Of a DNA stretch of 46,210 bases, positions 17,290 through 25,625 are shown piece by piece. Position numbers and translations under genes: made by a program. The notes beneath the pieces were generated by a model, which had not been told where the DNA came from, did not search any database, and saw only the letters and a list, made by a program, of their open reading frames with translations. Within the stretch, counting starts at the first letter, position 1; every line of letters starts with the position of its first letter. This stretch comes from Patescibacteria group bacterium (GTDB lineage Bacteria > Patescibacteriota > Patescibacteriia > Patescibacteriales > VMTK01): assembly GCA_018896595.1 (NCBI GenBank), contig JAHIME010000023.1, positions 1 to 46,210 on the forward strand, read 5' to 3'.

Positions 17290-19971
17290 ATGGCTTTACA
17301 TAAAGATTTTCCAAGAGACAAATTTCAAATACTTGATCCGGCGATCAGGTGGTTTCCGGCTGATGAAGATTTGCGAAAAGAGGGCTATGAAAAACTTTTG
17401 CCTCCATTCGTGCCGGAATTGCGGGAAAAAGTCGCTGAGTGGCGCAAAAATAATTACGAAGGCGCGAGCGAAACCTCGAAAGCCCTGCTTAATTGGTGGT
17501 TTAAAGAGCCGCATACTATTTACGCCAAAGACGGCACCAGCATTGCTTTTCAATATTATTACGCGCAAAGAGAAGCGGTGGAAACGATTATCTGGCTTTA
17601 CGATGTTGAAAAAGTTGCTAACAAATATGATTTAATTAAGTTTGATAAATTAGGCAGGGTAAGCCCGAATATGTTTATTGAAGACTGGCTCCGTTTTGTG
17701 ATAAAAATGGCGACCGGAAGCGGAAAAACAAAAGTGATGAGCTTGCTTTTGGCTTGGTCATACTTTCACAAACTATATGAGGAAAATTCAGAACTCTCCA
17801 AAAACTTTTTACTGATTACGCCAAACATAATTGTTTTGGATAGGATCAAAGCAGACTTTGAGGGATTAAAAATATTTTACGAAGATCCAATTTTGCCTGA
17901 TAACGGATACTGCGGACAAAATTGGCAGGATGATTTTCAGATTAAACTACATCTGCAGGACGAGGTGGGCACAATTTCAAAATCAGGAAATATTTTTCTT
18001 ACCAACATTCATAGAGTTTATGAAGGAAGCATAAATGAAGCCAGTTTTGAAGATGAAGACACCTCGGATTATTTTTTGGGGAGTAGGGTTGTTGGTAAAA
18101 CCAATGATTCAAAAGTTGATCTGGGCGAGATAGTGCGCGATGTTGACGAGCTAATGGTAATCAACGACGAAGCGCACCACATCCATGATCCCAAAATGGC
18201 GTGGTTTAAATCTATTGAAGACATACATAATAAATTATTGCAAAAAGGCAAAAAAATAGCTCTGCAAATTGACATGACGGCCACGCCAAAAAATAATCGC
18301 GGTGAAATTTTTGTGCAAACCGTTTCCGATTATCCTTTGGTTGAAGCTATACGGCAAGGCGTGGTAAAAAATCCGGTTTTGCCGGACCAAGCTAGTCGAG
18401 CCAAATTACAAGAAAAACAAAGCTCAATATTTTCTGAAAAATATGAGGATTTTATTAGATTGGGCGTTGAAGAGTGGGAAAAAACATATAAAGAGCTTGA
18501 GCCGACCGGCAAAAAATCAATTCTTTTCATAATGACCGATGACACGAAAAATTGCGACGATGTGGCGGAATTTTTAGAGAAAAACTATCCGCAGTTGAAA
18601 GGCGCAGTTTTAACTATTCATACCAATAGAAGCGGTGAGATATCAGAAACAGTTATAGGCAAAAAAGAAAAGGAATTGCAGGAATTAAGAAAAAAAGCTA
18701 ATGAAATAGACAGTGCGGAAAGTCCATACAAGGTGATTGTATCAGTAATGATGCTAAAAGAAGGTTGGGATGTAAAAAACGTAACGACAATCGTTGGTTT
18801 GCGTCCTTACGGCTCAGATTCAAAGATATTGCCCGAACAAACACTTGGCCGCGGTTTGCGCCGGATGTTTTTTGGCCAAGATGTTGAGGAATATGTAAGC
18901 GTAATCGGTACGCCGGCGTTTATGGAATTTGTGGAATCAATCAAAGCGGAAGGCGTTGAACTGGAAAAACGAAAAATGGATCGCTCCGGCTCGCCAATTA
19001 CCCCGACTGTTATTGAGGTTGATAATCAGAATGTAAAGAAAGATATTGAAAATTTAGACATTGAGCTGCCGATTTTAACTCCAAGAATACAAAGAGAATA
19101 TAAAAATCTTAACCTGTTGAATGTTGCTGGTTTTAAGCACGATAAAATTTCTGTAAAACAATTTTCCGAGGAAGAAAAGAAAGAGATTATTTTTAAAGAG
19201 GTTATTGACGACAAAATTCATCATACAACGATTTTAAATAGCTCCATAGAGCCGAATTACCAAAGCGTTGTTGGTTTTTTCGCGCAGAGAATAATGAAAG
19301 AACTACGCCTTTTTGGTTGTTACGATATACTTTTTGGCAAAGTAAAAGAATTCATCGCCGATGATTTATTTAACAAGAGCGTTGTTCTTAACGACGCGAA
19401 TATTTTAAGGAATTTGTCCGAATTGGAAGCGGTAAAAACAATCATAGAAACATTTAAAAGAGAAATAAATAATCTGACTGTGCAAGATGTTGGCGATACG
19501 GAAATAAAAAATTATATAAAAGTAAGTAGCGCCCGGCCTTTCGTCGTAACTGATAAAAAATATTTATTGCCGAAAAAGAGTGTATTTAATAAAATCGTTG
19601 GCGATAGCGATTTTGAACTTGAATTTGCTGATTTTTTGGAGGGCGCCGATGATGTGCTTTCTTTCGCAAAAAATTATTATGAAATTCACTTTAAAATTGA
19701 TTACAAAAACGCAAGCGGGGCAATTTCCAGCTATTATCCCGACTTTTTCGTAAAGATAGACAATAAAACGATTTATATCGTAGAAACAAAAGGACGAGAA
19801 GATTTGGATGATATTGAAAAAATTAAAAGACTTGAGCAATGGTGCGAGGATGCGAGCGAAAGACAAAAAAAGATAGAATACAAAATGCTTTATGTAAAGC
19901 AAGAGGAATTTGAAAAGTATAAACCGAAAAATTTTAAAGAGTTAAAGGAAAGTTTTAAAAAAATAATGTAA
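17290..19971 (+). CDS. res: Type III restriction enzyme Res subunit (SF2 helicase plus C-terminal PD-(D/E)xK nuclease)
   Basis: Motif I MATGSGKTKVM, motif II NDEAHH, motif VI QTLGRGLRR. C-terminal YYPDFFV...IVETKGRE. Confidence 0.85.
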   Translation: MALHKDFPRDKFQILDPAIRWFPADEDLRKEGYEKLLPPFVPELREKVAEWRKNNYEGASETSKALLNWWFKEPHTIYAKDGTSIAFQYYYAQREAVETIIWLYDVEKVANKYDLIKFDKLGRVSPNMFIEDWLRFVIKMATGSGKTKVMSLLLAWSYFHKLYEENSELSKNFLLITPNIIVLDRIKADFEGLKIFYEDPILPDNGYCGQNWQDDFQIKLHLQDEVGTISKSGNIFLTNIHRVYEGSINEASFEDEDTSDYFLGSRVVGKTNDSKVDLGEIVRDVDELMVINDEAHHIHDPKMAWFKSIEDIHNKLLQKGKKIALQIDMTATPKNNRGEIFVQTVSDYPLVEAIRQGVVKNPVLPDQASRAKLQEKQSSIFSEKYEDFIRLGVEEWEKTYKELEPTGKKSILFIMTDDTKNCDDVAEFLEKNYPQLKGAVLTIHTNRSGEISETVIGKKEKELQELRKKANEIDSAESPYKVIVSVMMLKEGWDVKNVTTIVGLRPYGSDSKILPEQTLGRGLRRMFFGQDVEEYVSVIGTPAFMEFVESIKAEGVELEKRKMDRSGSPITPTVIEVDNQNVKKDIENLDIELPILTPRIQREYKNLNLLNVAGFKHDKISVKQFSEEEKKEIIFKEVIDDKIHHTTILNSSIEPNYQSVVGFFAQRIMKELRLFGCYDILFGKVKEFIADDLFNKSVVLNDANILRNLSELEAVKTIIETFKREINNLTVQDVGDTEIKNYIKVSSARPFVVTDKKYLLPKKSVFNKIVGDSDFELEFADFLEGADDVLSFAKNYYEIHFKIDYKNASGAISSYYPDFFVKIDNKTIYIVETKGREDLDDIEKIKRLEQWCEDASERQKKIEYKMLYVKQEEFEKYKPKNFKELKESFKKIM

Positions 19972-20174
19972 TTTTTAAATAAATATTTAAATAATGATTT
20001 AAACCAGTATTTACAAAAATATGGCAAGGAGAAAATTAGAAGACCCCGCACGAGTCGCTCTCTGCGGGGCAGGTAAAAATTTAAACTGCATCGTGATTCA
20101 TGGGTGCCCGTCAGATATGGGGACAGAAGAATTTCCGGAATTGCTTCAAGCCGTTTTAAAATAATCGTTGAAAA

Positions 20175-21026
20175 ATGATTAAAAAGGCAAAGATAATTTT
20201 GTTGATTTTAGGAATAGCGGCCGCGATAGCCGTTATTCCTGTTTTCTGGCTTTTTTATAATCCGAGCGGCGATTTGGAAGTTGATTTTTTAAATGTCGGC
20301 CAGGGGGACGCGATTTTAATTAAAACTCCTTTTGGCCAAAATATTTTAATTGACGGCGGCCCGGACAACGCCGTACTTAGCGAATTGGCAAAAAATCTGC
20401 CCTGGTGGGACAGGCGGATTGATTTAATGATTTTAACGCATCCGCATGATGACCATGTTGCCGGCTTGATAGATGTAATGAAAAGATATAATGTCAAAAA
20501 AATCTTATACACCGGGGTAGTCCATAGCGCGCCGAATTATTTAGCTTGGCTTGAATTGATAAAAGAAAATAAAGTCCCCTTGGTTATTATTGACAGGCCG
20601 CAGACGGTAAAATTGGGTGAGGATTGCGAACTGCGGATTATTTATCCCCGATTAAGCTTGCTGGGCAAAGCGGTGGATAATTTAAACAACAGTTCGCTTG
20701 TGATAAAATTAATATACGGCCGGACCGGATTTTTATTAACAGGGGATATAGAAACCGAGGTTGAGCGGGAATTGGTAAAAAGCGGCGCTGATTTGAGCGC
20801 CGATGTTCTAAAAGTAAGCCATCACGGCTCTGACGCTTCAAACAGCCAAGAGTTTTTGGAAAAAGTTAAAGCGAAAATCGCCGTTATACAGGTCGGCAAA
20901 GACAATGATTTCGGGCATCCCAGCCTTAGGGTAATAAAAAGACTGGAAAAAACAGGAGCGCGGGTATTTCGCACGGATTTGGACGGGACGGTTAAGATAA
21001 TCAGCGACGGAGAAAATATTAAATAA
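20175..21026 (+). CDS. ComEC/Rec2-related metallo-beta-lactamase-fold protein with an N-terminal membrane anchor
   Basis: FLNVGQGDAILIK, HPHDDHVAG and VSHHGS motifs. Confidence 0.75.
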   Translation: MIKKAKIILLILGIAAAIAVIPVFWLFYNPSGDLEVDFLNVGQGDAILIKTPFGQNILIDGGPDNAVLSELAKNLPWWDRRIDLMILTHPHDDHVAGLIDVMKRYNVKKILYTGVVHSAPNYLAWLELIKENKVPLVIIDRPQTVKLGEDCELRIIYPRLSLLGKAVDNLNNSSLVIKLIYGRTGFLLTGDIETEVERELVKSGADLSADVLKVSHHGSDASNSQEFLEKVKAKIAVIQVGKDNDFGHPSLRVIKRLEKTGARVFRTDLDGTVKIISDGENIK

Positions 21027-21087
21027 TTACTTGCTAATTTTTGTTGAAATGGTATAATAAATAGTGATAAAATAAATTAAAAATATT

Positions 21088-21465
21088 ATGCCGAAAGACA
21101 AGGTGAAAATTTTGTTGGTTGAAGACGACGAGATGCTTATTTCAATGTACAAAATAAAGCTTGAAAGCGTCGGTTATGAGATGGTAATCGCTAAAAACGG
21201 CGTTGACGGCGTTAAATTGGCCAAAGAAGAAAAGCCGGATTTGGTTATGCTTGACGTAATCCTGCCCCAATTAGACGGCTTTTCCGTCCTTGAGGCGCTA
21301 AAAAAGGATAAAGCGACCAAAAGCATTCCGATAGTCATGCTTACGAATTTAGGCACCGAAGAAGACAAGCAAAAGGGCAAAGCATTGGGCGCGAAAGATT
21401 ATTTGGTCAAAGCGAATTTAACTCCGACGCAATTCAGCGACAAGGTTAAAGAGTATTTGAAATAA
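21088..21465 (+). CDS. stand-alone response-regulator receiver domain (CheY-like)
   Basis: KILLVEDDE, DLVMLDVILPQLDG, PIVMLTN and GAKDYLVK. No partner kinase in the window. Confidence 0.85.
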   Translation: MPKDKVKILLVEDDEMLISMYKIKLESVGYEMVIAKNGVDGVKLAKEEKPDLVMLDVILPQLDGFSVLEALKKDKATKSIPIVMLTNLGTEEDKQKGKALGAKDYLVKANLTPTQFSDKVKEYLK

Positions 21466-21491
21466 GCGTTTTAATAATTTTAATAATTATG

Positions 21492-21515
21492 AATTCCGAA
21501 TATTCGGAATTTTTG
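21492..21515 (+). terminator. perfect 20-nt palindrome plus T-run downstream of the response-regulator gene
   Basis: aattccgaatattcggaatt followed by tttg. It lies between the two candidate ndk ATGs. Confidence 0.55.
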
Positions 21516-21530
21516 TTAAGTTTAAATTAT

Positions 21531-22124
21531 ATGGCGCATCCAAGAGAAGAAAAAACATTTTTAATGCTTAAGCCCGATGGCGTAAGAAGAGGGTTAATCG
21601 GAGAAATTTTAAAGAGAATAGAAAGAGCGGATTTAAAAATAATCGCCTTATCAATGTTCCAGCCGACACGCGAGCAAATTGATAATCATTATCCAAAAGA
21701 TGAGAAATGGATCAATAGGCTGGGAGAAAAAACCAAGGCAACTTATGAAAAATACGGTTATGATTTAATTAAAGAAATGGGTACGGATGATACATTAAAA
21801 ATCGGCAAAGAGGTGCGCAAATGGCTGATTAATTATATGACTTCCGCGCCATTGGTCAAGGCGGTGATTCAAGGAAATCACGCGGTGGATTTGGTGAGAA
21901 AAATGGCGGGCAATACAATGCCGGCTTTGGCTGAAATGGGCACTATCAGAGGCGATTTTAGCGCCGATAGCGCGGCAGCGGCTAACCGCGACAAGCGGGC
22001 TGTCCAAAATATTTTACATGCTTCAGAAACTCCGGAGGAAGCCGAGCATGAGATCAATCATTGGTTCGGCATTGATGATATTTGCGTTTATAAAAGAGTT
22101 GAAGAAAGTTTAATGGAATATTAA
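21531..22124 (+). CDS. ndk: nucleoside diphosphate kinase with an internal insertion
   Basis: TFLMLKPDGVRRGLIGEILKRIE and NILHASE (catalytic His). The ATG at 21531 was chosen because 21489 precedes the palindrome. Confidence 0.85.
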   Translation: MAHPREEKTFLMLKPDGVRRGLIGEILKRIERADLKIIALSMFQPTREQIDNHYPKDEKWINRLGEKTKATYEKYGYDLIKEMGTDDTLKIGKEVRKWLINYMTSAPLVKAVIQGNHAVDLVRKMAGNTMPALAEMGTIRGDFSADSAAAANRDKRAVQNILHASETPEEAEHEINHWFGIDDICVYKRVEESLMEY

Positions 22125-22200
22125 GGGTTGTTGTGGAAAAATTGTAAGAGAAGTTGTTATTGAAATATTTTTATTGTAATATTAGCTAAAATTATAAATC

Positions 22201-22229
22201 TTGACATAAATAGATATTGCTTTATAATA
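22201..22229 (+). promoter_or_regulatory. consensus sigma70-type promoter
   Basis: TTGACA (22201-22206), 17-nt spacer, TATAAT (22224-22229). The next ATG is at 22238. Confidence 0.6.
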
Positions 22230-22237
22230 TAAGAAGT

Positions 22238-22342
22238 ATGCAGAAAGCCATTCAAGCAATTCAACCAATTATGTTAACTGCCGTTTTTGTCTTGCCGGGC
22301 ATTATTTTGATTTTGGTTGAACTTTGGGCGGCTAAATTATAG
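22238..22342 (+). CDS. 34-aa hydrophobic peptide, probably leaderless
   Basis: MQKAIQAIQPIMLTAVFVLPGIILILVELWAAKL. Sits between a consensus promoter and a terminator. Too short for the ORF track. Confidence 0.4.
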   Translation: MQKAIQAIQPIMLTAVFVLPGIILILVELWAAKL

Positions 22343-22371
22343 ATTATCGCGAAATCAGATAAAATACAAAA

Positions 22372-22400
22372 GCCGCCCAAGAAAAACCAAGGGCGGTTTT
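22372..22400 (+). terminator. rho-independent terminator
   Basis: CCGCCC-N12-GGGCGG followed by TTTT. Confidence 0.75.
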
Positions 22401-22499
22401 AAAATGTTCTTTAAATAAAATAAAGAAAGGGGGCGAAAATTATAAAAAGGTTTGTAATTTATTTTTATTAAATTGATTTTAAATCAACAGGAGGTTGTT

Positions 22500-22727
22500 A
22501 TGGATGTTGGCGGAATAGATGGCGTAGAAATTTATGAAAAGTATTACAAACTACAAAGCAAGATGGATAGTCATTTAACAGAACTTAAGCGGATTCAACA
22601 GAAATTAGGAAATCCGCGCGTACCTGTGGTTAAAAAAGAAAAACTGCGGTATAGAATGCGGGTTATCACCAATCAAGTAATCCCTCGGACAAGAGATACG
22701 ATAGATAATATTCTTGCTTTTTTATAA
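22500..22727 (+). CDS. hypothetical protein (75 aa)
   Basis: The ATG at 22500 is preceded by AACAGGAGGTTGTT. The TTG start at 22473 was rejected. Confidence 0.6.
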   Translation: MDVGGIDGVEIYEKYYKLQSKMDSHLTELKRIQQKLGNPRVPVVKKEKLRYRMRVITNQVIPRTRDTIDNILAFL

Positions 22728-22822
22728 GGCGATTGCAAAAAATGCAAGCCGCGGTAAACCCGTATGGAGTAATTTCTCCCTTGCAAAAACATTGCAAGGT
22801 TTCCGGCTTGCATTCTTTCGAA

Positions 22823-22860
22823 GGGGAAAGAAAGACATCTTTCCCCTTCCCTTTTTTATT
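22823..22860 (+). terminator. rho-independent terminator
   Basis: GGGGAAAG-N8-CTTTCCCC followed by a T-rich run. Confidence 0.7.
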
Positions 22861-22873
22861 TTATTATTTTGTT

Positions 22874-22922
22874 GTGGATAAAAAATTTGACTTTCTCGGT
22901 AGGTTTGCTATAATTATCCACA
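22874..22922 (+). promoter_or_regulatory. promoter bracketed by two perfect inverted DnaA boxes
   Basis: TGTGGATAA (22874-22882) and TTATCCACA (22914-22922) flank TTGACT (22887-22892), a 16-nt spacer and TATAAT (22909-22914). Confidence 0.55.
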
Positions 22923-22944
22923 GGTAGCATTATTAATATTTTTT

Positions 22945-23040
22945 ATGATCAAAACACTGCAAAAAATCGGTTTTTTCTTTTTTAGCTTCTTCTTTGGCTC
23001 CCAAAGGAGACTGATTTTTTGTGGTGTTTTAACATTCTAA
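22945..23040 (+). CDS. 31-aa Phe-rich hydrophobic peptide (speculative)
   Basis: MIKTLQKIGFFFFSFFFGSQRRLIFCGVLTF. Lies between the DnaA-box promoter and the terminator at 23066. Confidence 0.3.
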   Translation: MIKTLQKIGFFFFSFFFGSQRRLIFCGVLTF

Positions 23041-23065
23041 GTTAAAATTCACTAGGGAAAACAAA

Positions 23066-23100
23066 AATCGGCCTCCTTGCTCGGGGGCCGATTTTATTTT
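23066..23100 (+). terminator. rho-independent terminator
   Basis: AATCGGCC-N12-GGCCGATT followed by TTATTTT. Confidence 0.75.
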
Positions 23101-23145
23101 GTTCTATTTTGTTCTTTAAAATAATTTAAGGGAGGAGGGAAGAGA

Positions 23146-23403
23146 ATGAAAAAAGGTACTTTTGTAAGAAAAGGGAATGTTAGTTTTACCGGCTTGACTA
23201 AAACAAAGAAAAAGCTGGAAATGGGAAGGACTTTAATTGTTTGCCAGCATTGTGGAGGCGATGTCGCGCAAGATAAAGATGAGAAATTTGTTTGTAAGAA
23301 ATGCGGCAAAGAAAGCAAGCCGCATTATAAGGCTGACAGAGATAAAGCAAAAGCGGCATCGGAGGAAAGTTTGTTCAATCAGGGTTCAATTGGGCTTGCA
23401 TAA
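23146..23403 (+). CDS. small zinc-ribbon protein
   Basis: CQHCGG...CKKCGK (CxxC x2). Strong RBS GGAGGAGGGAAGAGA upstream of the ATG. Confidence 0.65.
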   Translation: MKKGTFVRKGNVSFTGLTKTKKKLEMGRTLIVCQHCGGDVAQDKDEKFVCKKCGKESKPHYKADRDKAKAASEESLFNQGSIGLA

Positions 23404-23468
23404 GTCCAAAAAAAAACAAAAAAAGAGCGGCAAAAGCGGCTTAAAAATTAAAAATAGACTAAATATCA

Positions 23469-23502
23469 GGGCAGACGCAAAAAACGCGTTTGCCCTTTTT
23501 TA
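23469..23502 (+). terminator. rho-independent terminator
   Basis: GGGCAGACGC-aaaaaa-CGCGTTTGCCC followed by TTTTTT. Confidence 0.7.
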
Positions 23503-23509
23503 TTTTGAT

Positions 23510-23584
23510 TGGTCGGAGCGCCGGGAATTGAACCCGGTTCACAGGACCCCCAGCCCTGCGTAATAACCGTTATACCACGCTCCG
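23510..23584 (-). tRNA. tRNA-Pro (anticodon GGG), CCA encoded
   Basis: The reverse complement reads CGGAGCG...CGCTCCG-A-CCA. Anticodon stem CAGGG/TCCTG with loop CTGGGGG, T arm CCGGG-TTCAATT-CCCGG. Confidence 0.85.
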
Positions 23585-23661
23585 TTTATGTTATTATATA
23601 AATAATAAAATTATTTAGCAAATAATATTTTTTTTGTTCAAATTAAAAGGCAAAATTTATC

Positions 23662-23690
23662 TTGACTTTTATCCGCTTTAATGATATTAT
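23662..23690 (+). promoter_or_regulatory. candidate rnpB promoter
   Basis: TTGACT, 17-nt spacer, TATTAT, about 30 nt upstream of the RNase P RNA P1 stem. Confidence 0.5.
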
Positions 23691-23721
23691 AATATTCGTT
23701 AGCACATTATAAATTTTACTA

Positions 23722-24154
23722 ATATCAGGGCAAGCGGATAGCCGCTCCGGTTATACCGGAGAGGAAAGTCCGGACTCCTCCTGTCCCTTATTAGGGGCAG
23801 GGTCGCGGCAGTGGGTAATACCCACCGGTTTGGATTTCAAATATCGTTTTTGATATTTGATTTTAGGATTAGGGAAAGTGCCACAGAGACAATACTACTC
23901 CGGTTTTACCGGAGCAAAGGTGAAAAGTGTTAAGGTGTATAAATTACTAAGGATATCCTTAATTTATGCTGCTTAACTCGCCCTCTGGCGACAGAGCGCG
24001 CGCGGCAAACCCTGCCTGGAGCAAGAGCAAACCTTTCGGCGATGCCGGAAGATGAAAAGTGGCTCGCATGAGCCTAAAAGCAATTTTAGGCCCAGATAAA
24101 TGGCTATCGTCCCATTGCGGGATACAGAATCCGGCTTATAGCTTGCCTTGATAT
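23722..24154 (+). ncRNA. rnpB: RNase P RNA (bacterial type A)
   Basis: P4 halves GAGGAAAGTCCGGAC and ACAGAATCCGGCTTA. P1 pairing ATATCAGGGCAAGC / GCTTGCCTTGATAT. Confidence 0.9.
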
Positions 24155-24182
24155 TAGTGGAATTTAATTTTGTAGATTTTTT

Positions 24183-25619
24183 ATGAAGCGATCAGAATTA
24201 TTTTTTTCTTTTCTTCTCGTCCCTCTGGATTTTTTAATGATAGTGTTGGCCGGCGTTTCAGCTTATTATATCCGTTACGCCGAGTTTTTCCAACAGTTAA
24301 GGCCGGTAATTTTTAACCTGCAATTTTCAGGGTATTTAAAAATTGTTTTTATTATCGCTTTTCTCTGGCTTATTATTTTCGCTTTGGCCGGACTTTACGC
24401 CGTAAAAGGCGCGCGCAGGTTAATTAATGAAATATATAAAGTCATATTGGCCTGTTCCACCGGCCTAATGTTGATTGTCATTTTAATTTTTGTCAGGCGG
24501 GAATTGTTTGATTCCCGTTTTATTGTTTTGGCCGGCTGGCTGCTCGCCATAATCTATATCAGCGCCGCGCGCGGCTTAGTCCGGTTAATCCAGCGGGCTT
24601 TGTTCAAATACGGCATAGGCGCGCATAAAGTGGTTTTGGTGGGCAACAGCAAGACGACTGATAATTTAATCCGCGAGTTTTCCAGCAAAAAGAATTCCGG
24701 CTATGAAGTCGTTAAGCGCTTGCGCGATTTTAGCATTGAAACAGCCCAGGAATTGGCGGAATTTTTAAAAACCAAAGAAGTTGATGAAATTATGCAAAGC
24801 GATCCCAGCTTAAGCAAGGCGGAAGTTTTGCGCCTGTATGATTTTGCCGATGACCATCATTTAACTTTCAAGTACGCCGCTGATTTGCTTGGCGCGAAAG
24901 TTTTAAAAACAGAGGTCGCGGAAATCGCCGGCATTCCCATTGTTGAAGTTAAAAAAACGCCGTTGGACGGCTGGGGAAGGATTATTAAGAGAATTTTTGA
25001 TATAGCGGCCTCAATAATATTAATAATTATTTTATTCCCGGTTTTAATCATAACAGCGCTTTGCATAAAATTGGATTCGCAAGGATCTGTTTTTTATTTG
25101 GATTATCGATCCGGGCAGTATAATAAAAGATTTTTATTTTATAAATTTCGTTCCATGGTTGCTCATTTATGCGACGGTGAAGGGCCGAACGCGACAAAAG
25201 AAGGGAATGAAGTGCTTAATAAATTAATCGTTGATGAAAAAATAAATACAAGATCGGCCGATCCTCTGCATAAAATAAAAAACGATCCGCGCATTACAAG
25301 AGTGGGAAAATTTATCAGAAGATGGAGTATTGACGAATTGCCGCAATTATTTAATGTTTTAAAAGGCGATATAAGTTTAGTCGGTCCGCGGCCGCATATG
25401 ACATTAGAGACGGCAAGATACGAGCATCATCATAAAAAAGCTTTAACGATAAAACCCGGAATAACAGGGCTGGCCCAGATTTCCGGCCGCAGCGATTTGA
25501 CTTTTGAAGACGAGGTGAAATTAGATGTTTATTATATTGAAAACTGGTCTCTTCTGCTGGATTTGTCAATACTCTTCAGGACGCCGCTGGCGGTGTTAAG
25601 GGAGAGGAAGGCAGAGTAA
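24183..25619 (+). CDS. polyprenyl-phosphate sugar phosphotransferase (WbaP/bacterial sugar transferase family)
   Basis: N-terminal TM helices. C-terminal SLVGPRP, KPGITGLAQISGRSDL and DVYYIENWSLLLDL. Confidence 0.85.
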   Translation: MKRSELFFSFLLVPLDFLMIVLAGVSAYYIRYAEFFQQLRPVIFNLQFSGYLKIVFIIAFLWLIIFALAGLYAVKGARRLINEIYKVILACSTGLMLIVILIFVRRELFDSRFIVLAGWLLAIIYISAARGLVRLIQRALFKYGIGAHKVVLVGNSKTTDNLIREFSSKKNSGYEVVKRLRDFSIETAQELAEFLKTKEVDEIMQSDPSLSKAEVLRLYDFADDHHLTFKYAADLLGAKVLKTEVAEIAGIPIVEVKKTPLDGWGRIIKRIFDIAASIILIIILFPVLIITALCIKLDSQGSVFYLDYRSGQYNKRFLFYKFRSMVAHLCDGEGPNATKEGNEVLNKLIVDEKINTRSADPLHKIKNDPRITRVGKFIRRWSIDELPQLFNVLKGDISLVGPRPHMTLETARYEHHHKKALTIKPGITGLAQISGRSDLTFEDEVKLDVYYIENWSLLLDLSILFRTPLAVLRERKAE

Positions 25620-25625
25620 ATTTCT

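Noticed and set aside
20021-20164. 47-aa ORF (MARRKLEDPARVALCGAGKNLNCIVIHGCPSD…) that faintly resembles the N-terminus of a small alpha/beta hydrolase
   Set aside because: It is too short and the similarity too weak to call. It may be a gene fragment at the island border. Left unannotated.
22131-22922. DnaA boxes as evidence for the replication origin
   Set aside because: There are only two perfect boxes, plus one near-match (TGTGGAAAA at 22131). There is no dnaA/dnaN neighbourhood and no AT-rich unwinding repeats. The geometry fits promoter control better.
22733-23563. Track ORFs 22733-22927, 23094-23318 (minus strand) and 23237-23563
   Set aside because: They span a terminator plus promoter, lie antisense to the zinc-ribbon gene, or run into tRNA-Pro(GGG). 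None is credible as coding.
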